From an uncultured delta proteobacterium (GTDB lineage Bacteria; Myxococcota_A; Polyangia; Haliangiales; Haliangiaceae): a DNA stretch of 64,000 bases. This document shows positions 1 through 10,116 of the stretch, one piece after another (the stretch's first letter is position 1; every line of letters starts with the position of its first letter). The notes beneath the pieces are model-generated. The model was not told the DNA's origin and did not search any database. It saw nothing but the letters and a program-made list of their open reading frames with translations. The stretch spans positions 2,784,001 to 2,848,000 of the forward strand of contig CAWKDB010000010.1 in the NCBI GenBank assembly GCA_963848295.1, in the 5' to 3' direction. The position numbers and the translations under genes are program-made.

Positions 1-8
1 GAGCTCGA

Positions 9-1634
9 ATGCGCGTTGATCTTTGCCTGATCGGTCCTGGCGATCGGTTCGAATGGCCGCATGGCGACATGATCGCCGCCGAGGCCACTCCGGCATCGGT
101 CGCCGAGGCGATGACTGCCCAGCCGGCGCGGGATGCGAGCGCGTGTCTTTACTGGGACCCCGCGCTCGGGGTGCCTCGGATCGACGCGGCCTGGTTCGCG
201 ACGCTGCGCGCCGAGGTCATTCACGGCGGCCTCGCGCTCAGCACTGCCGGACAGCCGGCGATCATCGACTACGTGCATCCGACGTGGATGTGGAATCGCG
301 ATCCAGATGGCGCGATCGAGGCGACCTCGTGGCGAGCGAGCATGCGGGCATGTCTCGTCGCGACCGAGGTCGTGCGCCAGCTCGGAGGACTGCGTTGCGA
401 ATTCCGAACGCTCGAAGCGGCCGCTCTCGAGCTCGGCCACCGCTATTTGCGACGCGGCGCGTTCGTCCGCTACGACCCGAGGCTAGCACCGCGCGGTCAG
501 CAAGGAGTCGCCGCGTCGCTACCACTGTTCGACGAGATCCTGTTCGCGCGACTGCGCTACGGCGATTTCTGGACGCGATGGGCGATCGGCCGCGCACTCG
601 TCACGGGCGAGCTTCCCGTCACCCAACTCGGGGATGCGCGCGCCGCGTTTCGAGTTGGACGGTCGCCCGAGCGGAAGTTCGTGCGGGCTCGCGAACCGCT
701 CGGCCACTCCGTCTCCAGAGAGGCACGCGTCTCAGTCGTCTTGCCGACGATCGAGCGCTACACGTATCTGCGCACTCTGCTCGCCCAACTGGAGACCCAG
801 ACCCACCGCGTTCACGAGGTCCTTATCGTCGACCAGACGACCGAGGCGAAGCGCGAGCACGGGCTCGTAGCGGAGTTCCCGACACTGCCGATCGTGCACG
901 TGTTCAGAGACAACCCCGGACAGTGCAGCGCTCGCAATCACGCACTGCAGCTCGCGACAGGTGACTACGTGCTGTTCCTCGATGACGACAACGAGATCGA
1001 CCCTCATCTGGTCGAGCGCCATCTCGCGTGTCTCGCCATGAATCGCGCTGAAGTGTCATGCGGCGTCTCCATCGAAGACGGCGCCGGTGCTCTCGAAGAG
1101 CACATGCTAATCGAGCGAGCGAGCGACGTGTTCTCGACGAACAACGCGATGGTCAAGCGCGACGCGTTGCGCGCTTCAGGACTATTCGACGTCGCCTATG
1201 ATCGCCGACAATGCGAAGACGCCGACATCGGTGTTCGGCTCTATCTCGCTGGCGCGTTCGCCGTGCTCGACCCGCGCATGACGGTGATCCACCGCCACGC
1301 GCCGACCGGCGGATTGCGCGTTCATGGCACGCGCGTCGTCACTCGTGCTTCCTCGCGCACGAAGATCACCGATCGCAACCTGCCGAACCAATCCGAGGCG
1401 TACCTCGCGATGCGCTACTTCACCGCGCGCCAGGTACGGGAGATGTTGTTCTTGCGGACGTGGGGCACGATGCGAGTCAAAGGCGGATGGCTACGCCGCG
1501 GTATGAAGATGGCGTACTCGCTCGCCGTGTTGCCCGACACGATGCGTGTCGTTCGCGGCGCAGAGCGATCGGCGCGCGTCATGCTCGAAACGTTTCCGCA
1601 GATCGAGGAGCTCGACGTTAACGCTCGCCGATGA
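9..1634 (+). CDS. Glycosyltransferase family 2 protein with N-terminal extension
   Basis: C-terminal half has GT-A motifs VSVVLPT, VLIVDQ, ARNHAL, YVLFLDDD, EDADIGVRL. Confidence 0.85.
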   Translation: MRVDLCLIGPGDRFEWPHGDMIAAEATPASVAEAMTAQPARDASACLYWDPALGVPRIDAAWFATLRAEVIHGGLALSTAGQPAIIDYVHPTWMWNRDPDGAIEATSWRASMRACLVATEVVRQLGGLRCEFRTLEAAALELGHRYLRRGAFVRYDPRLAPRGQQGVAASLPLFDEILFARLRYGDFWTRWAIGRALVTGELPVTQLGDARAAFRVGRSPERKFVRAREPLGHSVSREARVSVVLPTIERYTYLRTLLAQLETQTHRVHEVLIVDQTTEAKREHGLVAEFPTLPIVHVFRDNPGQCSARNHALQLATGDYVLFLDDDNEIDPHLVERHLACLAMNRAEVSCGVSIEDGAGALEEHMLIERASDVFSTNNAMVKRDALRASGLFDVAYDRRQCEDADIGVRLYLAGAFAVLDPRMTVIHRHAPTGGLRVHGTRVVTRASSRTKITDRNLPNQSEAYLAMRYFTARQVREMLFLRTWGTMRVKGGWLRRGMKMAYSLAVLPDTMRVVRGAERSARVMLETFPQIEELDVNARR

Positions 1635-2697
1635 GAATCGCCAAGCGCTTGCCGTAGTCGCGCACGACTGATCGCAAGAATGACGTGCCCCCCATGCGCC
1701 ACCGGCGGTGCAGGCGCACGAACAGATGCGCAGTCGAGCGCAGGGCGAGTCCACTGGCGCGTGCGCGATCGAGGAGTCGCACCGGCTCGCGGTCATACGC
1801 TAGCTCGTCGAGCTCGCGCTGAACAACGGCCTGACACAGCGCGAGCTCGGGTGAGGTCAACGTCTGCTGCCACCGCCCCACCGAGCTCGTGTAGATACCG
1901 TCCTTCGCCGGAGCGCCGTTCCATTCGGCGGAGTTCCCGCCGGTGGCGGCAAGCATTGCTGGCTCGAAGGGCATCTCCAGGAAATCACAGATCTGACGCA
2001 GCACCGACTCGGGATCCGCAACCAGGTGTTCGTACGAGATCCGCAACATCCGGTCGGGATGCTTCGCACGCGCCGCGCGACCGGCGGTGACCGCGGACTT
2101 CCAAGACAAGGCGTCCCACAGCGGGTCGTAAGCTTTTTCGAGGTGCTTGTACGCGCGCTCTTCGTCGCCATAGCGATCGGTCGACCAAACCGTCTCGCGG
2201 CGTGTCTTCTTCGACGCGAGAATGTCTCGAGGATCGCGCGTGATCTCTACGAACCTCGCGGTCGGGATCGATCGCAGGATCACCTCGATCTGAAATACGT
2301 GACTCGGCGTCTTCTCCATCCAACGCCCGCGACCGGCCCGCAAAGTCAGAAAATCAAACACGCGATAGAACACGTCGCCGTGGTCGCGACAATCGCCGAC
2401 TGCGTCGAGCGCGGCACCGAGCAGGGCATGGTCGGAACCGGAAACGTGAGCGCCGTGGAGCTGCGCGAGTTGAAACCCGTCGAGCAGGTTCTCTAGAGTG
2501 AACCCGACGAGGGCGCGGCGGGTTTCGAGATCGCCTAGGTCCGCGAACCTGTCCCGTATCCGCGGTAGGAATTCGAAGTACTTCGATTCGCCCTTGCTCG
2601 TGAACAGGAGCGAGCTCTGGCCAAGCGCCTTGTAGAGCAAGGTCGTGCCGGAATGCATGTAACCGACGACGAAGATAGGAGAAGTCGAAGGCGGCAT
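1618..2697 (-). CDS. PAPS-dependent sulfotransferase
   Basis: 5'-PSB loop IFVVGYMHSGTTLL, WMEKTP, 3'-PB motif RDPRDILAS, YEHLVADP. Confidence 0.9.
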   Translation of the reverse strand: MPPSTSPIFVVGYMHSGTTLLYKALGQSSLLFTSKGESKYFEFLPRIRDRFADLGDLETRRALVGFTLENLLDGFQLAQLHGAHVSGSDHALLGAALDAVGDCRDHGDVFYRVFDFLTLRAGRGRWMEKTPSHVFQIEVILRSIPTARFVEITRDPRDILASKKTRRETVWSTDRYGDEERAYKHLEKAYDPLWDALSWKSAVTAGRAARAKHPDRMLRISYEHLVADPESVLRQICDFLEMPFEPAMLAATGGNSAEWNGAPAKDGIYTSSVGRWQQTLTSPELALCQAVVQRELDELAYDREPVRLLDRARASGLALRSTAHLFVRLHRRWRMGGTSFLRSVVRDYGKRLAILIGER

Positions 2698-2830
2698 GCT
2701 GCGTGGCGTTGGCGAGCCCCATGTCTAGCTTCGCGTTTCGACCCTGTCAATCGTGTGTTAGTTTGCCGACTTGCTCACCGGCCTTGAACGCCGCACGCGC
2801 CCGGCGCACTAACCCTTACCGCTCTCGCTC

Positions 2831-4240
2831 ATGGCCGAAACGATCTCCGCAGCCGCGCTGGTAGACGGACCAGAACCGGCGGCACTTCCAACGCCGCGTT
2901 ACAAGACCGCGCTCGGTTTCGGGGTCTTCGTCGTGGGCCACATGGCGCTCGCGCTCGTCATGCGCCGCGCGCCGATACTCGGGGTCGCGCATGCCCTGTT
3001 GTGCTTGTTCGGTGGCGTATTCGTGGCGTTGCGCTACCCGGCGCGGGTCACCGCGTTGGTCATCGCCTACGCGTCTGCCTCGGAGGTGCTGTGGCGCATG
3101 ACGCACGCAGCGTTGGTCTGGGAGTTTGGCAAGTACACCGTCTCCGCGATCATCATCGCTGCGCTGTTCCGCATGACCGCAAGACGAAATCGCGCTCCGG
3201 CGCTCATTTACCTCGTGCTGTTGTCGTTCTCGGTCGCGCTCACGGTCAGCGGCGCGACAGATCTCGATTACGCCAGACAGCTGATCAGCTTCAATCTATC
3301 GGGGCCGATCTCTCTCGCGCTCTGCATCATCTTCTTCTCGAATCTGAAGGTGACGGACAGCGATCTTCGCGAGCTGATGTTCATCGTGATCGGTCCGTTG
3401 GCGGGCATCGCGATGCTCGGGTTCTTCTCGATCAGCTCGCACGACAAGATCAGCTTTATCAACGCGTCGAATTCGGTCGCGAGCGGTGGCTTTGGTCCCA
3501 ACCAAGTCTCCGCCGTGCTCGGCCTCGGCGTGTTGGTCATCGTACTACTGCAGCTGCAACGGAAGATGAGGTGGCAGCTGCGCCTGCCGCTGATCTTGCT
3601 GGCCGTGTTTTTCGCGGCTCAGTCAGCGATCACGTTCTCGCGCTCAGGTCTTGCGATGGCGTTTGCGAGCTCGCTCGCCGCGATCGCCTACCTCGCGCGA
3701 GATGGCCGAACTCGAATCACGATCATCCTGCTTGCAACCGTGCTCGCGCTCGTCGGCAAGTTCGTCGTCGTGCCCGAGCTCGAGACGCTCACCAAAGGTA
3801 AGTTCGAACAGCGTTACAGCGAGGTCGAGACCGATGGTCGCACGAAGCTCATGAGGTACGACTTGGAGATCTTCTCCGAGCACCCCTTGCTTGGCGTCGG
3901 TCCAGGTATGGCGACCGAGCTACGCGACGAGCTCGGCCACCTCGGCGCGGCTCACACCGAGTTCACGCGCATGCTCGCCGAACACGGTATCGCCGGCGCG
4001 ATCGCATTGATCCTGATGGTCTCGATTTGGGTGCGAGTGTTCTTCGCGCCGAAGATCCTGCGCTACCGAGCGCTGGTCGCAGCGTTCTTGTCATGGGGAG
4101 TCCTGTTTTTGCTCATCGACGGCATGCGAACCGTGGCGCCGTCATTCGCGATCGGTGTCGCCTGCACGATCGCATATTCGTTCAATCCGAAGCGCGCCCT
4201 GAAAAGACGGCGACCGACGGCAGCTCGGATCTTTTCGTGA
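2831..4240 (+). CDS. O-antigen ligase / Wzy-like polymerase (multi-pass membrane protein)
   Basis: Many hydrophobic segments; TFSRSG, HPLLGVGPG and AHTEFTRMLAEHG motifs. Confidence 0.85.
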   Translation: MAETISAAALVDGPEPAALPTPRYKTALGFGVFVVGHMALALVMRRAPILGVAHALLCLFGGVFVALRYPARVTALVIAYASASEVLWRMTHAALVWEFGKYTVSAIIIAALFRMTARRNRAPALIYLVLLSFSVALTVSGATDLDYARQLISFNLSGPISLALCIIFFSNLKVTDSDLRELMFIVIGPLAGIAMLGFFSISSHDKISFINASNSVASGGFGPNQVSAVLGLGVLVIVLLQLQRKMRWQLRLPLILLAVFFAAQSAITFSRSGLAMAFASSLAAIAYLARDGRTRITIILLATVLALVGKFVVVPELETLTKGKFEQRYSEVETDGRTKLMRYDLEIFSEHPLLGVGPGMATELRDELGHLGAAHTEFTRMLAEHGIAGAIALILMVSIWVRVFFAPKILRYRALVAAFLSWGVLFLLIDGMRTVAPSFAIGVACTIAYSFNPKRALKRRRPTAARIFS

Positions 4241-5265
4241 TCGCGCACAGCGCCTTGTTCGCGAGCAATTTCCTGTCTGGTGCAGGGCTCAACCGCGGCT
4301 ACTCGGAGGAGCTTGCCGATCGACTCGAAGCCCGCGGGTGGCAGATCACGCGGACGTCTGCAAAGCGCGCACGCACAGCACGCTTGATCGACATGGTCTA
4401 CACCACCGTCGCGCAGCGTCGAGCGTACGAGCTTGCTCACATCGACGTGTTCTCGGGCCCATCGTTCGTCTGGGCCGAGGCCGTCTGTTCGACGCTCCGC
4501 ACCCTGCGCAAGCCATACGTGCTGACGCTGCGCGGTGGGAATCTCCCAGTCTTCGCGCAACGCTGGCCGCGACGTACCCGTCGCCTATTCAACGCGGCTC
4601 GCCGCGTCACTGTTCCGTCGCGGTATTTGGGTGAAACCATGTCGCACTACCGGAGCGATCTTGCGGTCATTCCGAATGCGATCGACGTCGGTGCACATGC
4701 GTTCTCACTGCGGGCGTCGGCATCGCCGCGGCTGATCTGGGTCCGCGCGCTGCACGCCGTCTACAACCCGCTGCTCGCCGTCGAGGTGCTCGCACGTTTG
4801 GCACCACGGGGCGCCACGCTCGCGATGCTCGGGCCCGACAAGGACGGTTCGCGCGAGCTCGTCGCGAAGCGCGCAGCGGAGCTCGGCGTCAGCGATCGGT
4901 TAGAGCTCGTCGGACGAGTCAATAAGGCCGACATCCCGCGCTATCTGGCCAGCGCAGATATTTTTCTCAACACTACCAACATCGACAACACGCCGATCTC
5001 GGTGCTTGAAGCCATGGCGTCCGGCCTGTGCGTGGTCAGCACGTCGGTCGGTGGGATTCCGTTCTTGCTCACCCACGAACGTGACGCGTTGCTCGTCCCA
5101 CGCGATGACGTCGCTGCGATGGTCGTTCAGGTCGAGAGAGTTCTCGACGAGCCGGCTCTGTCTCGGGCGCTCTCGGCCGCGGCGCGCTCGTTTGCTGAGC
5201 AGTTCGACTGGACGCGAGTGCTTCACACTTGGGAGCTCCTATTCGACGAGGTCCGCCGTGGTTGA
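4237..5265 (+). CDS. Glycosyltransferase family 4
   Basis: VIPNAID and DNTPISVLEAMASGLCVVSTSVGGIP GT-B motif; GTG start overlaps the upstream TGA. Confidence 0.9.
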   Translation: MIAHSALFASNFLSGAGLNRGYSEELADRLEARGWQITRTSAKRARTARLIDMVYTTVAQRRAYELAHIDVFSGPSFVWAEAVCSTLRTLRKPYVLTLRGGNLPVFAQRWPRRTRRLFNAARRVTVPSRYLGETMSHYRSDLAVIPNAIDVGAHAFSLRASASPRLIWVRALHAVYNPLLAVEVLARLAPRGATLAMLGPDKDGSRELVAKRAAELGVSDRLELVGRVNKADIPRYLASADIFLNTTNIDNTPISVLEAMASGLCVVSTSVGGIPFLLTHERDALLVPRDDVAAMVVQVERVLDEPALSRALSAAARSFAEQFDWTRVLHTWELLFDEVRRG

Positions 5266-5929
5266 CCTCAAGAGGTGCCTCGATGTCGCTTTGGCGGCTA
5301 CCGGGCTCTTCGCGACCGCGCCTCTCCTGGGCATGCTCGCTATCGCGATCAAATTGGACTCGCCCGGGCCCGTCGTATTTCTGCATACGCGGGTCGGGCG
5401 TGGAGGCCGTGCGATCCGCGTCGCGAAATTACGCACGATGTCGATCCACGCCGACACGCTCGGCCCCGCAGTAACTGCCGCGAGAGATCCGCGGATCACG
5501 CGAGTTGGGCGCTTGCTTCGCAGCACCAAGCTCGACGAGTTGCCGCAACTTTGGAACGTCTTGCGCGGCGAGATGAGTCTCGTCGGGCCGCGCCCCGAGG
5601 TGAGGCACTACGTCGAGCGCTACGAACCGCGGTGGCAGCGGCTCCTGACCGTCAGGCCCGGGCTCACGGATGTCGCCTCGCTCGCGTTTCGCGATGAAGA
5701 GCGCCTCCTCTCCGACGCCCGCGACCGCGAACGAGCGTACCTGGAGATCGTGCTGCCACTAAAGCTCGAGCTCGCGCTGTACGGTATCGATCACGCATCG
5801 GTGATCGATGACTTGCTCGTCATCGGTCGTACTGCGGCCGCGTTGCTGCGTCGCGATCTCGAGGAGGGGCCGGTCGTGGCCGAAGCACGGCGACGAATCC
5901 AAGCACTCAACGAGGCGAGCGAATCGTGA
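5258..5929 (+). CDS. Bacterial sugar transferase (initiating phosphoglycosyl transferase)
   Basis: KRCLDV, DSPGPV, KLRTM, DPRITRVG, KLDELPQLWNVLRGEMSLVGPRPE. Confidence 0.95.
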   Translation: MVDLKRCLDVALAATGLFATAPLLGMLAIAIKLDSPGPVVFLHTRVGRGGRAIRVAKLRTMSIHADTLGPAVTAARDPRITRVGRLLRSTKLDELPQLWNVLRGEMSLVGPRPEVRHYVERYEPRWQRLLTVRPGLTDVASLAFRDEERLLSDARDRERAYLEIVLPLKLELALYGIDHASVIDDLLVIGRTAAALLRRDLEEGPVVAEARRRIQALNEASES

Positions 5930-7143
5930 CCGACGCCCTACGGATCCCGTTCTTTCGCCCGAGCATCACGGAGCGCGAAGTCGAGGATGTCGCGAGCTGT
6001 TTGCGATCCGGCTGGCTGACGACCGGCAAGATCACACGTGACTTCGAGCAAGAGTTCGCTAGCTTCGTCGGTGCCAAGCACGCAGTCGCAGTCAACTCGT
6101 GTACCGCGGCACTTCACCTCGCGCTCGAAGCGGTCGGCGTTACACGAGGTGACCTCGTGCTCGTCCCGACGATGACGTTTGCCGCGACCGCCGAGGTGGT
6201 CCGCTACTTCGATGCCACCCCGGTGTTCGTCGATTGCGACGACACGACGCTGTGCATCGATGTCGGGGCCGCCGAGCGCACGATCGAAGCGCTGTGCTCG
6301 GGAACGCCGGTGAAAGGCGTCGCCCTACCTCATGGCCGACTGCGTGCGATCATCGCGATGCACTACGGTGGGCAGATGGCCGAGGTCGATCGCGTGCGCG
6401 AGCTCGCTGCGCGCTACGACCTCGCGGTGATCGAGGACGCGGCGCACACCCTGCCCGCTTTCGCGCTCGACGCTGACGGAAAACAATGGCGATCGGTCGG
6501 CACGACCGCCGACATTACGTGCTTTTCGTTCTATGCGAACAAATGCATTACCACCGGCGAGGGCGGCATGGCCGTCACCGACAACGCGGCGTTTGCAGAC
6601 CGAATGCGATTGATGTCGCTGCACGGCATGTCGCACGACGCCTGGAAGCGCTACACGACGACGGGGTCCTGGTACTACGAAGTCGTCGCCCCCGGCTTCA
6701 AGTACAACATGACCGACATTGCGGCGGCGCTCGGTCGCGCACAGCTCGGTCGTGTCGACGAGCTCTGGGCGGCTCGCAAGTTCGTCGCTGCGGGATACCG
6801 AGAGGCGTTGTGCGACGTGCCTGGCATCGCGCTCCCGACCGAGCTCTCCGATCGTCGCCGCCACTCGTGGCACCTGTTTCAGATCCGGCTCGACGAGCGA
6901 GTGTGGCGCCAGGGTCGAGATCGCGTGATCGATCAACTCAAGGAGCTCGGGATAGGTACCTCGGTACACTGGCAGCCGCTTCACATGCAGCCGTATTATC
7001 GCGAACGGTACGGCCTGCAGCCCGATGATTTCCCTGTCTCGCGCCAGGCGTGGACCTCACTGATCAGCTTGCCAATCTACCCCGGTATGACGCGCGAGCA
7101 GATCGCGGAGGTCGCGAGCGCGCTTCGGTCGCTCCGTGAGTGA
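5926..7143 (+). CDS. DegT/DnrJ/EryC1/StrS family PLP-dependent sugar aminotransferase
   Basis: SGWLTTG, NSCTAALHLAL, IEDAAH, FSFYANKCITTGEGG. Confidence 0.95.
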   Translation: MTDALRIPFFRPSITEREVEDVASCLRSGWLTTGKITRDFEQEFASFVGAKHAVAVNSCTAALHLALEAVGVTRGDLVLVPTMTFAATAEVVRYFDATPVFVDCDDTTLCIDVGAAERTIEALCSGTPVKGVALPHGRLRAIIAMHYGGQMAEVDRVRELAARYDLAVIEDAAHTLPAFALDADGKQWRSVGTTADITCFSFYANKCITTGEGGMAVTDNAAFADRMRLMSLHGMSHDAWKRYTTTGSWYYEVVAPGFKYNMTDIAAALGRAQLGRVDELWAARKFVAAGYREALCDVPGIALPTELSDRRRHSWHLFQIRLDERVWRQGRDRVIDQLKELGIGTSVHWQPLHMQPYYRERYGLQPDDFPVSRQAWTSLISLPIYPGMTREQIAEVASALRSLRE

Positions 7144-7774
7144 GCTCGTGATCAGACCCGTCGCGGACGCCGATCTCGAGGCTCTTGCTGCGATCCATAC
7201 CCGCGCGTTTCCTGACAGCGCGATCACGGCGTTCGGACCGGCGATCGTGGAATCGTACTACCGTTGGCTGCTCGTGGGCCCGCACGACGCCGCCGTCATG
7301 GGCGCATGGCGCGATCAGCGTCTCGTAGGCTTCTGCGCCGCGGGAGTCTTTCACGGCGCGATGAACGGGTTCTTGCGTGCCAATCGCCTGCGGTTGCTTC
7401 GCCATCTGGTGACACATCCGAGCTTGGTCGCGAGTGAACTAGTGCGCGACCGAATTCGGAGCGCGGTCAAGATCACGTTCAAGTTCTCGCGCGCCATCCA
7501 GACGATGCGACCCGACGACAAGACGCCAGAATTCGGCGTGCTCTCGATCGCGACCGATCCGACGGTCCGGGGCTCGGGTGCCGGTCGAGCTCTGATGCAA
7601 GAAGCCGAGGCACGTGCACGCCGTGGAAATCACGGTCGCATGGTGCTCACGGTTCACCCGAACAACCTGGACGCGGTACGGTTCTACGAAGGTCTTGGGT
7701 GGAAACGCGCCACTGCGAACGGCAATACTTGGACCGGTATCATGCACCGGCCGCTAGAACCAAGAGATGGATAG
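7136..7774 (+). CDS. GNAT family N-acetyltransferase
   Basis: SIATDPTVRGSGAGRALM acetyl-CoA motif; AVRFYEGLGW. Confidence 0.85.
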   Translation: MSELVIRPVADADLEALAAIHTRAFPDSAITAFGPAIVESYYRWLLVGPHDAAVMGAWRDQRLVGFCAAGVFHGAMNGFLRANRLRLLRHLVTHPSLVASELVRDRIRSAVKITFKFSRAIQTMRPDDKTPEFGVLSIATDPTVRGSGAGRALMQEAEARARRGNHGRMVLTVHPNNLDAVRFYEGLGWKRATANGNTWTGIMHRPLEPRDG

Positions 7775-7777
7775 GAC

Positions 7778-8518
7778 ATGAGGACCGACGAACGATCATC
7801 GGAACAGCAATTCGATCGCGAAGCCCACGAATATGCGGGACGCTACGAGGCGCACGATCCCGGCGGCCATTCGTTCCGGGCGCGCCGCGATCAGACGCGC
7901 GACCTGCTAGGGGGCGGACCGCTCGGCGACCTCCTCGACGTCGGCGGTGCGTCGGGTGTCTACTACCACACGTTCCGCGATCAAGCGCGGAGCTATCACA
8001 TCCTCGATATCAGCAGCGAGATGATCGAGCTCGCCAAGAAACTCGACGATGGGCGCGGCAAGCTGCATCTGCACGTCGCATCCGCGTACCAGCTGCCTTT
8101 CCCCGAGGCGAGCTTCGACACGGTGATCGGCATGGGCCTGCTCGAATACCTCGACGAGCCGTGGCGAGCGCTCGCCGACATGATGCGTGTGGCCCGGCCG
8201 GGTGGAACGGTGACCGTCTCCTTCCCCAACGCCGAGAGCGTGATGCGGCGCACGAGCCGCCACATTTATCGTGCGATGGGCCGACCGGTCACGAAGCGGC
8301 ACTTCACGGCTTGCCAGGTCCACGACGAGGGTCAACGGCTGGGCCTGGAGATCGTGACCACGCGTGGATACAACGCGCAAGTCCTTCCGTTCTACTGGCG
8401 CGTCAAGCCAATCGCGACCGCGCTCGCCGAGACACTCGAGCCGCTGCTCAACCGTTTCGGCAGCTTGTGGGGCAGCTCGTTCATCGTGCAGTTCCGCAAA
8501 CCGCCGCAACGCAGCTAG
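7778..8518 (+). CDS. Class I SAM-dependent methyltransferase
   Basis: LLDVGGASG motif I, LDISSEMI, LPFPEASFD. Confidence 0.85.
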   Translation: MRTDERSSEQQFDREAHEYAGRYEAHDPGGHSFRARRDQTRDLLGGGPLGDLLDVGGASGVYYHTFRDQARSYHILDISSEMIELAKKLDDGRGKLHLHVASAYQLPFPEASFDTVIGMGLLEYLDEPWRALADMMRVARPGGTVTVSFPNAESVMRRTSRHIYRAMGRPVTKRHFTACQVHDEGQRLGLEIVTTRGYNAQVLPFYWRVKPIATALAETLEPLLNRFGSLWGSSFIVQFRKPPQRS

Positions 8519-8527
8519 TCGTACAAG

Positions 8528-9367
8528 GTGCTGAGGGTCGCGCTCTCGTTCGACTACGACTCGCCGGCGGGCTACCGGCAGTCGTTCCACATGCGCAGCT
8601 TTCCGATGAATGCGGACCAACTCGGCGCGGACGAGCTCGCTCGAGTCCTCGACGGTGAAGGTGTCAAGGCGACATTCGGCATCGTCGCCGTGGCGGCTCT
8701 CGACGGTGAAGCGCCCGAACACTGCCCCGATCAGATTCGTCGGTTGCACCGCGCCGGGCACGAGATCGCGTCTCACTCGCTGACCCACCGCTATTTGCCG
8801 TCCGCGACGCTCGCGGAGTTGAGAGGCGAGCTCGCGGAATCGCGACGGGTGCTCGAGGCGTGCATCGGCGCGAGCGTTCGCGGGTTTATCCCGCCGTTCA
8901 ACCGCCCGATGCACTTTCCGGCGCGGCTCGCGTTCAGTCCGACCGAGGTATTCGGACTACTCGGGCGCGGACGCGGACGGCAATCTCTGCCGACGCTGCT
9001 GCGCGAAGCGGCGAGTGCGGGATTCATGTGGTCGCGCGTCAGCTTTTCCAACAAGCTTCATGCACTTGAGAAACGACTGCACTTGCGAAAGGACACGCCG
9101 CGACCGAATGCCTTCAAGCAAGGTGGGCTGGTAGCGATTCCGAACGCGATGACCGGCTTCGGCGCGCCTGCGAAGGACTTGGTTCGATCACGGCTCGCAC
9201 ACGGCGGCGCGATCGCGTTGTCAGGTCACCCCAACCAAGCGTACTCGGACAACGATCAGCACGCGAAGCGGCTCGCAGAGCTGATCGCGGCGTTCAAGGT
9301 CGAGCGCGACCGCGGTGACCTCGAGTTCTGCACGATGGCCGAGCTCGCGGCGACGGTCCAAGTTTAG
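8528..9367 (+). CDS. Polysaccharide deacetylase (NodB/CE4-like)
   Basis: LSFDYD, GVKATF, GHEIASHSLTH, GFIPP. Confidence 0.85.
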   Translation: MLRVALSFDYDSPAGYRQSFHMRSFPMNADQLGADELARVLDGEGVKATFGIVAVAALDGEAPEHCPDQIRRLHRAGHEIASHSLTHRYLPSATLAELRGELAESRRVLEACIGASVRGFIPPFNRPMHFPARLAFSPTEVFGLLGRGRGRQSLPTLLREAASAGFMWSRVSFSNKLHALEKRLHLRKDTPRPNAFKQGGLVAIPNAMTGFGAPAKDLVRSRLAHGGAIALSGHPNQAYSDNDQHAKRLAELIAAFKVERDRGDLEFCTMAELAATVQV

Positions 9368-10116
9368 GCGCGCTCGAACATGACGATGCGCTCGGGACCG
9401 CGCGCGGCGAGCCACGGCGCGCGCGCCGTATAAGCCTGCAATTGATACAGCCATTCGTTCGGCAACCGGCCCAGTCCCGGCAGCGCGGTCCAATACCGAC
9501 GTTCGGCAACGACGCGCAGACCGCAGCGCTCGGCGAGCATGCGGATCTCCGCGTGCGAGGTCGGCAGAGGTACGTAGTCGCGGCCGCCACTGAGTTGGAG
9601 CTTCGCGAGATAAAACGCGCGGAGCGCTTTGCTGACGATCGAATCTGCGTCGGTGAGTTGCAAGATCACGCGTCCATGTGGAATCACTAGCTGCGCGAGC
9701 TTGTCGATCGCGGTGGCGAGCGGACGCATGTGAGCTAGGAGTCCGAGTGCGAGCACGAGGTCGAACGCTCGCGCGGGCGCGAAACTCAGCGCGTCGCCGT
9801 GGTACCAGGTCACCTTCCCAGCGGCGATCTCGTCGAGGCCGCGACGCGCCTCGCTTAGCATGCCCTCGCTGGCATCGACCCAGGTGAGGCCCGCGCACTC
9901 GGGAAGAAACTGGCTCGAGATCCGTCCGTCGCCACAACCGAGATCCACGACCTGTAAGCCGCGCGCGCTACCGACCAGTTCACGTACAAGCTCTTGCCGC
10001 AGCGCGACGTTGAAGTCCTTTGCGAGGTACCGACGAGGATCCGCGAACAGTCGCCGGACGTTAGCTTCGTGCGCGTCAGTTCGGTGCGATCGCTTCATCG
10101 ACGTCAACGGCATCAT
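9364..10116 (-). CDS. Class I SAM-dependent methyltransferase
   Basis: VVDLGCGDG motif I, VDASEGML; exact start uncertain. Confidence 0.85.
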   Translation of the reverse strand: MMPLTSMKRSHRTDAHEANVRRLFADPRRYLAKDFNVALRQELVRELVGSARGLQVVDLGCGDGRISSQFLPECAGLTWVDASEGMLSEARRGLDEIAAGKVTWYHGDALSFAPARAFDLVLALGLLAHMRPLATAIDKLAQLVIPHGRVILQLTDADSIVSKALRAFYLAKLQLSGGRDYVPLPTSHAEIRMLAERCGLRVVAERRYWTALPGLGRLPNEWLYQLQAYTARAPWLAARGPERIVMFERA